Shown: positions 34,536 through 46,529 of the stretch, piece by piece
How positions within the stretch are numbered: the stretch's first letter is position 1
How the letters are laid out: each line of letters starts with the position of its first letter
From: Polymyxa betae A26-41
Taxonomy: Eukaryota; Protista; Endomyxa: Phytomyxea
Length of the DNA stretch: 64,000 nt
Direction of reading: 5' to 3'
Assembly (NCBI GenBank): GCA_003693705.1
Contig: RBZT01000266.1
Coordinates: 9,701 to 73,700, forward strand
The notes under the pieces: generated by a model
What the model was told of the DNA's origin: nothing
The model's database searches: none
Seen by the model: only the letters and a program-made list of their open reading frames with translations
Made by a program: the position numbers and the translations under genes

Positions 34536-36769
34536 ATGATGGCGCCGCCGGTCCCCGATCCTATCCATCTGCGGTCGCTGGGCGGGGACGGGACCGCCGA
34601 GATCGAGGCCTTGCTGGGCGACAAGATCCTCGATCTGCTTCTGTACTGGCGTCTGACACGTCGGTTCGCGATCAAGAGCGAGGGTCATCTGACCCAGCTA
34701 CGAAGTGTCTATGTTAGTAATCAGACCATGGCCATGATCGGGGAACGTTTTGTCGTCCCAAAACATATGAATAGGTTTGCTTGGGAATCGGCTTCCATTC
34801 ACGAAAAGGTCTATAGGCTTCTAATATTCCTTGTCGAGTTCTGTTTTCATTTGAAATGTTTGGCATTGCTTAGATACGATCATTTGGCAATTTGAGATAT
34901 CTTCTCGAGATGTTTCTCGGTTGTGTTTCGTTCGCAGAATCTTTAAGAATCCTCTCTATGAATCTTACCATGACAATAGGGTACTGCTGTGGAAGCGATT
35001 GTCGGCCGATCCTTCCTCCAGCACAACGGCGACATCCAGGATTTCAATCTCCTGTCGATATCGCCGTCCACTGTCAATGTCGCATACGAGATCCTGGACG
35101 CCATCGAGACCTGCGTGAAGACGAGCGCCGAACACATCGTGTCGGGTCTGCCGGCCGATACTGCTTCGAACGCCGATGAGGAGATGCTGGGCCATAAGAA
35201 CCCGGCCCAGGCCTTGTTTGAATGGTTGCAGGGCAAGCTGAGAATCACGAATCCCGCCGACACCGTCACCGTCTATCAGTCGTCGGGCATCGAGTCGGGT
35301 ATTCAGGTCGAGGCGAAATTCGTGGCCGTATTCCAGCTGCCGCGCAGCTTACGAGTCGGTGATCTGGGCGCCCCGACCAATGTGGAGATTCGTGGCGATC
35401 CCTGCCCTAATAAGAAGCTGGCCAGGGATAACGTCGCCCGTTATGTCCTGCGCCACTTTAAAATCGACTCGACGCTGTCGTTCGCGGCCGCGATGCGGAA
35501 ACCGCCACCGCCTTCGCAACGACCGCCGCCCTCCTATCTGATGCCAAAATTCGATCCGAAAAAGCAGCCGCTGCCGCACGAAAAGCCGGCGTCGTCGCGT
35601 GTCTATGAATGGCTGCAGAAGAAAGGCGTCGGCTATCCCGCCAAGGCGATCGACGTCATCGACGTCCTTGGCGAGGACGATGTGACGCGCGATGGTTCGT
35701 TCCAGGGCGTCTTCACCATGCCCAACACCGACCCGCCCGAGATCGTTCGCGGCGGCAAGTTCGCCAACAAACGCGATGCGAAGGAGGACGTGGCCGCCGC
35801 TGTCCTGGCCCTGTACGACGTGTCGTCTACAACCTCGCGTAAGCGTCGCCGGTGTTCACAGCCCCCGCTTTGCCATTCTAACTTTCCTCAAGCTGCAGAC
35901 GACGCCGTCTCCATCAGCGGCAGCCACCAATCGGTTATCCCACCGCCATCCACCTGCGTCAGCACGACCATCACCGCCCCGGCCACCAGCAAACTCGTCC
36001 AGCCCGGCGTCGCTGTTCGTCGTATCGAGACCGTCTCGGTGACATCGCAGACGCTGGCGGTAGATTCGGATCTGGCCGACATCTGGAATAAGATTCAGTC
36101 CGGGTATGGGCGGACAGCGTCGTCGAATTCTCGTGAATCTATCATTTGTGTGGATCCCGTATCTGGGGACGACTCGTTGGCTTTCGTTAATAAGTATCTG
36201 AGCCAATATTGTCGGGAGACGCGCCTCACTCAGCAAGATCTGCAGCGCATACTCACGCCTGATCTGATCGCTGACGATGTTTCGCTGCCATCGATCGCAG
36301 CAGGGTTGCTGAACTTTGAGCCGATGACGCCCTGGGATAGCTCGTCGCTACGCGAATGGTTCCAGATGTCGTGGGCCAAAAAACCCGTCAACGCTCTCTG
36401 CTTGCTGAAGGCACGCATCGGCGCTCAGTTCATGTTCAAGTTCTGGAAGTGTCGCCTGAACGGGGGTGTCCAAACCGTCCAAGACAGTCTCGTTCTGGTG
36501 GCGTTCTGGGATGGCGATTTCGGCCCATTCTTCGGTGTCGGGGTTGGCGTGAATCCGGGCCTGGCCGCTAAAGCAGCGTAACGCCCATCTATCTCTGTGT
36601 CCTTTCGGCTGTCTCTAAGTTCTGTGTGTATAGTCTGGCGCAGCTATGGCCTATGGTTAAGCCCCATGTCGATGCCTTGATTTCAGCCGCCGAGGAGAAG
36701 TATGCCGAGGCCGAGCAGCGAGCCATTGAAGCCACCCAGCTGGCGATTGCCGCTGCCCAAAGCGGCTAG
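34536..36769 (+). CDS. RNase III-domain protein with 2 clear and 1 degenerate dsRNA-binding domains (introns 34809-34979, ~36578-36633)
   Basis: EALLGDKILDL, SEGHLTQLRSVYVSN and EK|GTAVEAIVG are RNase III motifs. NPAQALFEWLQ...NKKLARDNVA and PASSRVYEWLQ...NKRDAKEDVA are dsRBDs. Confidence 0.8.
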
Positions 36770-37147
36770 CTATTATTATTGTTGTTGTTTTTCTTTAATA
36801 TATTTATTGCTAGAACCGATTCGTCCAAAATCATAACCGTAATTACACCAGGGAACTGCTAGGGGAAAGTGTATTGCTCTTAGGCGCCGGCAGCTCGATT
36901 CAGCTTCGGTTCTGGTGGCTTCAATCAGCACAATGTGTTGAAGGTTGCGCTCGGGTTCACTATCGAGTCTTGAAGCATGTAACGTTACAAGTTCGGCTTG
37001 TATGGGCGGGACCTCCAATACCTGTCAGCGTGATCAGGGTCTGCCTGAATCTCATTTCCTTTCACGATATTCCCTGCTGCTCTTACCGGCAGATCGTCGC
37101 TGTCATTATCGTAGTTGCCGCTGTTGGATGGAGGTTAGCAGGCGATA

Positions 37148-40100
37148 ATGATGGAATCTGAACTGATCGCCAAGCTGCAACGGGAGTTGCAGGGTTGGTA
37201 TTTGACTGGTCGCAAGGCATCTTGACTGCTTTGCTTATCTGCGATCATAGAATTGGAGGAAAAATCAAAACATGATCAAAGGCGTTTGGTAAAGCGACTG
37301 AAAGAACTAAACGATACCAAGCGGCAGAAAATCATTGAGGATTACGAATCACGTTTATCGAAACAGACTCATGAATATGAGGATAATGTGTGATTGTTCG
37401 TATTATTGCTGTCTAAATTAGGACTTACAGATATTCAGATTCAATCCAAACAGACCGAACTGGATCGGTCATCCGAAAGATTATCTATAATGTCAAATAT
37501 GGTCGATAAACTGAAACAGGTGCTTGGAAGTCGACAGTTGTCGGCAAAGTCTTAGTGCTATTATTAGGCTCGTATCGATTTATTAGAAAGAATCGAGCGA
37601 AAAGAATCAGAATGTTTGACGAAAGAGGAATCCTTATCGTCGGAAATTCAGGAACTGAAGTCTGAACTTGCTCGATTGAAGAAGTCGAATGCTGAAGATA
37701 ACCGAGCTTTGCAAGAGGTTGTTGGAGACGGATGTTTCCATCGGTAATGTCGTTTAACCGTTATTCAGATCTCTTCTGGATATATGCTTGAGATCAGCCA
37801 GCTTCAAGAACAACTTGCTGCAGCTCAGGCTACCCTAAAGGTCATTCAAGAAGAGGGAAGTCGCTCAGTTAGCACGGAAGTCGGTTCAGGTTGATTCTCT
37901 TCCGTCGTATCGGATTTTGAATTGATTTCAGAGTAACAGGTGTCAACGAAACTGGATCAGAAGATCTTCTGCGTATGAACGCTGTATTAAATGAGAAAGT
38001 TTCCAAGCTTGAATCAGCGTACGATGCTTGCTCACAGGAGTGTGCATTGTTGAAAACTGAACTTGAACGAGAACGGTCTCAAGTGGCTTCTATACAGATG
38101 GATTTGAATTCTTCCATCAGCGAATCTGAGAATCTTCAAAAGACCATATTGGATATGAATAACGAACTCGCATCAATTCGCGAGTGTGGATTAGAGTTGG
38201 ATCATATCAATACGTTGAATGAGCAAGTTGCTTCCTATCAACAAAAGATCTCTGATTTGCAAGCTCAGCTCAGTATACGCGGTGATAAGAACAAGAAACT
38301 ATGTGATTAGTACTGATTTTGTTTTCAGAGCGTGTTCCGCCCATTCTCCCCGATGCTGAGGTAGCTTTTTAAGGTTCTCGCTTTATTCTGAAAGTATTTA
38401 ACTTATTCTCAGGATGATGGAACCAACGTTCGCGAGCCTACCAGCGATGCTCAGAACCATTCTGTTTGCGATAAATGTGATTCGCTTTCTGCTCAGTTAT
38501 CAGAGCTTGTGGCCTCATCGCAACAGCAATCATTGCAGTCGGCTGACGGTTGCAGTTTGATCACTGCCGGTCATTCCATCGTGTCTTTGAAGCAGCTACG
38601 CGACATTCATCAGACAGCATCAGATCAATTGGAAGATATCAGGCAGTTCCAGAACGTTTTGCAGATCCATGACAATAGGATCATCTGTGATGAATTCCAA
38701 AACAGAGTGGGTTTATGATAACAGTGATGATGATGGGACAGCGCTTTCTGATCAGTGATGTTTAGTATGACGAGCTGTCGCAACGGGAATCGGCTTGGCA
38801 TGAAATGTGCAGCTATCAGCAAGATATCATCTCCAATCTGATCAGTTCACAATCAAGCCGAACTGATACGTCTGCTGAGCAGACCATTTTGCGATTGAAA
38901 CAGATTATCAGGGAGCAGGTTGAGCAACACAAAGCTCGCATTAGCAATGCAGACCAAAAGGTTTTTGATTCTCATATTTTGTTCAAAACTGACTTATTCG
39001 CAGGTATCATCGCTCGAGAATCTTCTCGCCGCTGAAAAGAAGAAAGTCCAGCAACTCGTAGCAGCATTGAAGAAAATGAAAGATTCTGCAAGTGCCGTAG
39101 CTAATTCGGTATCTCCGATTGATATCGACTTCGAACCTTTCATATTCAACTGCAGTGTACAGCAAACGCTGAAGTCGGATCTCGAGGCGGCTTTGTCCAG
39201 AGCGGAATCCGCCGAGAAACAGGTATCTGATTGTTTTTCCAACATAAGATTGCTGATATTACGATCACAGGTCGCCCATTTGCAGAAAGCAATTGAAGTA
39301 GTTGAGCTGGCCCAGAAGGAATCTGTCAAAGAACAACGGTCGACTGCCGCGAAAATTGAGCAGCTCTCGTCTGCACTTCAGGCCGAACAGGTGAGACGTT
39401 TGAACATGGTTGATCTTTATTTTCATGACGTGCCAAAAAGGAGCATGCCAAAGCTTTGGAAGGCGAGAAACAGCAAATTTCAGCATTGTTAATTCGCGCC
39501 AATAATGCCGTTGCCGAGCTGAAGGACGCAAAGCAGGCTTCATCAGCTGGGCATTCACGTTTGAACTCGATGATCGCTTCTCATTGGCTGTTGGACTTCT
39601 CAGCTTTCGAAGAAGATTCCCCTGAACTTGAAGTGTTTTAAGTTTATTTAAATGCTCATTGGTCTAAGTTCTCGTGCAGGTAACCCAGCGATGTCGGGTA
39701 TCGGATGTCTGGTGGCTGTTCATTCATGCTAAACTGAAATCTGGTAACATTACCATTATACTATAAGAATCGTATTCAAAGTCAACTAGGTGACGAAACG
39801 GTTTCCCGTTTTTTCTGGACGACGATTGAATCGTTCGATAAGTATTCGGGACGGAAAATCAACACGGGCGTTTTATCTGACGTTGAACTGGTCGAGAATC
39901 GCAACGCAGTCGTACTGTCCTCAGGTGTTGCGCTTCCTGAATCGATCGAATCAATGTCGGAGGCGATTCTCAAAGCAAAATTCGATAAAAAATGGAACAG
40001 CGCTGCAAAGAAGTTTGAGAAGAAAATCACCGAATTGGTCACCAGCTTCTGAGCTACTGTTTACTCTTTATGAACATGCATTTACAGAATCAGAAACTTC

Positions 40101-41486
40101 GTTCAAGCCAGTCTGAAATCGAAAGACTATCCAACGAATTCGCTGATTATAAGAAGCAAGCCACCCTCGCACTGGAACAGAATGTGAGTTCTGCCTCATC
40201 TATCTTACCTTTGTAATTTACGCTGTCAGTCTGGAGGCGCTCTCAGGTTATCGGAGATGCTCGATCAAATCGACTTGCTCAAACAAGAACGCGATTCACT
40301 GCAGCATTCGCTGCAAGATGCGACAAAGCGCTCTGTCGATAGCACCAATGTTGGTTGTAACGCTGTTCAGGGTTTATTCCCTAAACTTCTGGTCAGGTAG
40401 AAATCCAAAGGTTGCTGAATGTGATCGAGACGAACCGTCTGTCGTTCCACCAATCAGAAGTGAAATGGTCGCAAGAGCTACAAGCGGCTCAGGTCGAGAA
40501 TGAGCGTGTTCGGCTTCATAACACATTATTGCGAAATTGTTAATCATTTGTCCAGCTTATTAGCAAGAACCAGAAAGAAGAATCTGCCTTGATCGAATCT
40601 CTTACCAAACGGCTCAAAATCGTGCAAGATGAACTTCAAAGAAATCGAACTTCGGCCACAGAAATCATCAAAGTAGTTTGCTTATTTTACTGTGATCGAA
40701 GGAAAATGAACTTACTCTTTAGGAACGAGATAACACGATATCTGGCCTTCATAAGCAATTTGTTGCGGCTCAAGAGAACTGTCAGGAACTGCAACGGCAG
40801 ATTCGTGTTCTACAAGCCGAGCTGGTCGCTTTGAAGCAAGAATCACCCCGACAGACTCACAGCGTCATACCGGATCCTTCGCAACAACAGCGATACGGAT
40901 TGTCTCCACAACATAGAAGGTCTAACCCTTATTTCTCAAATGTTTTCTCTATTCAACTGTAATCAGGTCGAGTATTGATTCTAGCGATCATTCTGTGCAG
41001 ATTCAGAAGCTGCAATCGCTTCTAAGAGATGCCGAACTTCAGGTTATTTTTGTTGGGACTTGGCAGAGGGCTTCGCTGACAACACTTTAGAGGGAACATC
41101 ACGCAGCACAAATGAGGCAACTGCAGTCTCAAATTCGTGAACTGTCTAAATCCAACGAACGCTCCGGAGCCAATTTAGAGTAAGTTATACCAATGCACTT
41201 TTACAAGCTCGTTAACTGATATTGAAATTTAGTTATTTGAAGCATGTTGTGGTTAAATATATGGAAACAGATGAGAGCTTGGTAAACTGCTTTGAAAATT
41301 CGGAACTATCCTAATCTGCCCTAGACTTTACTGCCTGTAATCGCTAATATTCTCGCATTCGATCCTGAAGAGACCGAACGAATACGTGCGAAGCTCGAAA
41401 AAGCCAACACCGCCGGATTAATACCCAAGGTACGTTTTTGTTTTTCGTTGAACATCGAAACATTTACACTGCCATAGATCTGGTGA
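37148..41486 (+). CDS. GRIP-domain golgin (many exons)
   Basis: Long coiled coil ending ANLE|YLKHVVVKYME..LLPVIANILAFDPEE (GRIP signature). Confidence 0.85.
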
Positions 41487-41498
41487 ATTCAAAAAAAT

Positions 41499-41626
41499 CT
41501 GAATTGTATTTGTTGAAAACCTGGGATGTATTCCGTACAGATACGTTTACAATGCTATCGGTCTGATGAATTCACTATATTGAATTGTCTTTATTGAAGA
41601 ACCTGGGATGTAATCAATACAGATAC
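41499..41626. repeat. ~46-bp imperfect direct repeat between convergent 3' ends
   Basis: tgaattgtatttgttgaaaacctgggatgtattccgtacagatac versus tgaattgtctttattgaagaacctgggatgtaatcaatacagatac. Confidence 0.8.
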
Positions 41627-42122
41627 AGTGCCCAAGCTGTAGCCTGGATCGAAATGTCAGACATTATTGTAGATCGTTATGACACCGGAACATACCGTAC
41701 AGAACAGAGTGTCGTTGATGAAGGTATCGGTTGAGAATCCATCCGATTGTGGATCCCAGAAACATCGGGTCGCCATACGAACGCCGGCGCCGCGCTGTTC
41801 GCCAATCACTACTTGGACGAGGAACTTATAGCGAGCCAGACCCATTTCTAGGTAACAGGTTAATTGCAAACCTGCTATTAACTAGGATTCGTACTTCGTA
41901 ATTCGTTCTTTATCTGGTCGGCAATCTCTCGTGTTAGGGTCGGTGCTGTATCTTGATTGTAGACCTCGTCTTGTAAACGGCGTTTGAGAATGTCACGAAT
42001 CAACGTCTGGGCCGTACCCGACTTAAATCTGCTTAAAATCAGATTGAGCGCTCAACAATCATGTCGGTTTACTTGGCTTTGTATGTCGGATGAACCGGAT
42101 GGGGATCGATATTTTCGACCAT
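41614..42122 (-). CDS. Tctex1-family dynein light chain (TCTEX1D2-like)
   Basis: RYKFLVQVVIGEQRGAGVRMATRCFWDPQSD..F.NDTLFC..AWALYLY. Confidence 0.88.
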
Positions 42123-42374
42123 TATCGCAACGACTCAAGGAATCATGCTCTGTGATGTGCTGCACCGTGCATGTTGTCAGTTAAGAGCCGCATTCGCGTT
42201 GCCCGTGGCTTCATACAGACCATGGCACCGCAACAGTTCAGGGAATTGATCAAACTATGCAAAGCCTTGGTGTATCTTGGTGTATTCAGACGGAACCGAT
42301 GGCGTACTGTACCGATCCGGTCACCAGTTTGGCACCTAAACGATTAACCAGCCGATTGATTGCCAAAAGGATCA

Positions 42375-43316
42375 ATGTCGAACGAATCAGTCGACTTAAA
42401 CCAAGCGTATCTGCACTTTGGCAGGTATAATTTGCATATCGTTGGAAGCAGTTTGCTCAAGCAGCGTTTGTTGTAGACATACGGAGGCAGGAAGATTAAT
42501 ATATGCATTGTACTCAGCTAAACAGAAGTAAGATCGCTCCATTGGCTTACAGGTGGATTTAAACATTGAATTGTAAAGTCGGGGAGCGTATAAGCCGAAT
42601 GTGAAAGTCAGGAGGATGTCCAACCCGACCGATCCTCATGGTTTGAATGTTCATTCTTGCTGCTTTCCGACTGATTCGCAGTGTAGAACAGCATTTGCAG
42701 TCGTTAAAGCAAACGCCAAGGCGCGCGGTCGTGAAAGTGCCGAAACCAATCAAGCGAAGAGGAGGAGAGGACGAGCCCAGGTTCCCAATTTATGGTGGTC
42801 GGAAACCAGCAGAACTAATTCTTCGAGAGACCCAAGAACTCTTTTCAAAGGAGCGCATGAAACTTCCTGCTTTCCATCGTTAGGTTCTGATATCAAGCAA
42901 GTGCCTTTCTGAATCTTCAATGTTTAGCTGTGCAACCAAGATCGCAGGCCATTGCAGAGTTGCAGGACAAGTTTTCAGGCGAATCCCATCCAGCTGTTCC
43001 ACAAAAGATTGACAGAAAAGGGACGCATTACCAGACGACAGAATCCTTTAACGAAGCTATGATATCACAGCGTAAGCTAAAGAAGTTTGTGTTAGGCGAA
43101 TTTGCTAATTTCCAATAGTTCATCGAGAGATCGAGGAACGCGAGCAGTTCCTTGAGCAAGTACAAGGTTTGGACAAGAAAATGTTTGAGCGTATCGCACC
43201 AGGCGTCAACGCTGAGATACGACAGGTAACCACGGCAGAAAACAATTCTATTCTTTAGCTGACGCTATCGCTAGAGGACTGAAGAAATTCAGAAATTGTC
43301 GCAACCGAGTCTATAA
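42375..43316 (+). CDS. Small multi-exon protein, UPF0193/EVG1-like
   Basis: The C-terminus REIEEREQFLEQVQGL..AEIRQR resembles the EVG1 C-terminal motif as recalled; 5' structure uncertain. Confidence 0.4.
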
Positions 43317-43361
43317 TATTATCGCGTATACAAGCTGACCGGTTATCACATTTTGCTGCGT

Positions 43362-46276
43362 TTAAGCGATGATCTTGGCAACCTGGTAATAGGAGTCATT
43401 CCATGAGGTCTTTTTGGGAAGAATAAACTCGAATCATGCGCCATCTTTAGCAACAAGGGATGCGGATCGAAACGTTCGCCGTATTCTCCAGCCAACTGCT
43501 TTAAACGCGAAACAATCGCCGCCTGAAGACAGAATGACTATATAAACTACATTTCGGAAGAGATTCTGCTCACAATTCCATACTGGTCTGCGTAATTCAA
43601 CAAGCCGCCTCGGAATGGTGCAAACCCAGTCCCGAAGATCATAGCCAAGTCTAGGACCTCTGGGCTCTCACATATCTGCTCAGAGAGTATGTAGCATGCC
43701 TGTTAGTATCAATGAACTTCGTGCACAAATGTTCAGAGTTTCTCACCTCCTGAAGAGAAACCAAAATGCATCGATCGACGATGTTTTTCGGCGAGCTTGA
43801 TTTCGTTTGAGATCCGGAACGAAGGGAAGCGATCTCCGAGTATATCTCTGGATTGAGGTGACGGGGATCTGTTTTGCCGTTTTTGTCATACAAAAAGAAT
43901 CCAGCTCCTATTCAGCACGTAAATACATCCTACCCAAAATCTATATCGAATGTTTCACCTACCGGTTTTCTTTCCCAATCGTTTAGGATTCGAGACCAGA
44001 ACTTTAGTAAAGTTCGGATTTTGCTTGAAACGCGTACCCAGACCATTCTCTAGAATCGAGCCAACATGGGCGGCGACGTCCATTCCAACTACCCATTATA
44101 AGCGAACAGATCGACTCGTTGGGAAGTCGGAACCTTCGTCAATTAATCGAAACGGACCCATTGGCATTCCGAAATCTACCAATGCCTGATCGATCGAAGG
44201 AATCGAGTTCCCTTCTATAGCTAGGAGCCCAGCCTCATTCATATAAATTCCCAGGATCCGGTTGACGATGAATCCGGGTCCATCACGACATATACAGGGC
44301 GTTTTACCCAAAGATAACGCCAACCGGTAGATGACAGAAAGGCACCAATCCTGACGTGATGTTAAACCTGAGATCCATAATGCAGAACATGAACGAACCT
44401 CGGTGGCTTCGCTGCTGATTACTTCGACTAAAGGCATCTTTTGGACCGGATTAAAAAAATGCATTCCGCATATCTAAATCGACAAACTTTCAATGAGAAG
44501 ACGAAAACGATTATGGCTCTCTTAAGCACTTACCTGACCAGGTCTGCTTGACGATTTTGATAAAACAGTGATAGATAATGAGGACGTATTCGTCGCAAAT
44601 ATCGCAGACGCCGGCAGAACTTTTTCAACTTCTTGTAGGATTTTCTGCTTCAGCTGAAGATTTTCCACGGCTGCTTCAATAACAATTGAACAATCTTTGA
44701 AGCCGTCTAAGCCTGTACTGAACGACAGTGCCTGGGAAAGTTAACAGAGCTCGGATGGTGCTGAAAAGGTTTAATTCACCTTGAGCCTCGATTCGCAAAG
44801 CTGGGGCGAAAGGCGCTTCTTGGCGATGGATTCGTCGAAAATGGCTCGAACATGCTTAATACCAGCTTGGATGGCGTCTTCAGAGATATCACGAACAAAC
44901 ACAGAATATCCTTTGCTAATAGCAATAGCGGCTATTTGAGCGCCCATCACACCAGCACCGATGATCCCGATCTTTGTAATCTTTGGCAGCTGGGCCTGCA
45001 TTACCATGTCAAGCATCCACTTTCGAGCAGTATTACATGGTTAACTTTTGGTTTCAGTGATTTCGGAATCTTCTTGGCTGATTCCATCAGGTAATAAACA
45101 GCAATGAGGGATTTGCTTTCTGGTGAGACAGCCAATTGCCCAAATAGGTTCGCTTCGTAATCCAGAGCCGCCTGGATATCGACACCCAGCGAATGAACGG
45201 CGCTCTCTAATGCTAAATATGGGGCCGGGTATTTCCCATGAGTTAGCTTATCCAAGGATTCGACTGCCTTCCTTGCAACCACCCATCTGCCTACAGCCCA
45301 TTCGTTCAAGAAACTATCCTGTTGTCGCTGTTAGAGACCAATAACCAAGAGGAAAGACATTCTAACCTGAAAGCTTTCATCCGTATGATGCTGAGAGCGT
45401 TTCGTCATTCCATACTTGTTCAGCGTATCAACCGCGAACTTCTTCGCGCCAAGAAGAAATGCTTCTTCGTAGAACTTCGGAGGTCCGCATTCGATAATCT
45501 GATCAACGAGATGCATCTGGAAAGCTTTCTGGGGCCTCACTGAAGATCCAGCTAGAATCAGGCTCAGCGCTTGTTGCAGGCCGATCAACCGAGGTAATCG
45601 TACGGTCCCGCCAGCGCCTGGCAACAGTCCAAGTTTCACCTCGGGCAGGCCCAGCTGAGTCTAATACGAAAATATAAGAAGATCCCTAAATCAGCAAAGT
45701 TCGGTGACAACTTTGGGATTATCACTACAAACGCGATAATCGCAAGCCAAGGCGAGCTCCAGGCCAGCTCCGAGAGCTGGACCATTAATGCAAGCGATCG
45801 TTACAGCCTTCAGTTTTGCAATACGATTGAAAATTTTTTGACCGGATTTTGAAGCCTATTTTGCCACGATCGGTCGATTAGTATATCGACCAATTAGTAT
45901 CAGTGGATTTGAAGGTCATACATCGATTGCTTTGTGAAGATCAATATTCGGATACATTTCATCGATGTCAGCCCCAGCGATAAATGTGCCAGGTTTACCT
46001 GAGCACAGAAGGACGATTTTGACACGCCGGTCTTCAACAAGCTTCTCCAATTCGGTCAAAATCTTTAATCAAACTTGTAAGAGAAGAACGAAATGTCGCT
46101 ATCACAAGTGTTGCCTTTTCAGCGTCGTTCAAGACTGCTAAGTTGACGACATTGACAGGGCGGTTTTGCAGGTGGAAAAAGAGCCAGCCGATAGAGCCCG
46201 GTTCCAGAATCAGTGACAAATGCTGATACTGCAGGACGGCATCTGCTGATGAAATGACTTTGTTCATAAATTGCAT
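43362..46276 (-). CDS. Multifunctional beta-oxidation enzyme (enoyl-CoA hydratase plus 3-hydroxyacyl-CoA dehydrogenase; HADHA/FadJ-like)
   Basis: [72 protein letters not shown]. Confidence 0.93.
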
Positions 46277-46381
46277 TTTGTCGGACGACTCGATCAAAAG
46301 GAAAATAAAATGACTTCAATGAAGGACATAACATACTTTACGTAACGAAAGTGAAGAACTCCGTTCGCTTTGTGTTCGGTC

Positions 46382-46396
46382 AAACCCTAAAACCTA
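46382..46396 (+). repeat. Telomere-like repeat upstream of the beta-oxidation gene
   Basis: aaaccctaaaaccta. Confidence 0.65.
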
Positions 46397-46529
46397 TAAT
46401 CAGATTCTCTGTGTATGTAAAGTGTATTTACAATGGTGGCTTATTAACATATTCATTCAATTCGGCTGTTAATGTTCACTGTTAACTGAGTAATTCTGTT
46501 GACCATTAAATCACCGAGTAAGCGATCCG

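Noticed and set aside
42195-42215. RFX X-box-like GTTGCCCGTGGC upstream of ciliary genes
   Set aside because: Only half-site matches, which are common by chance; RFX control of cilia is established in animals and not expected here.
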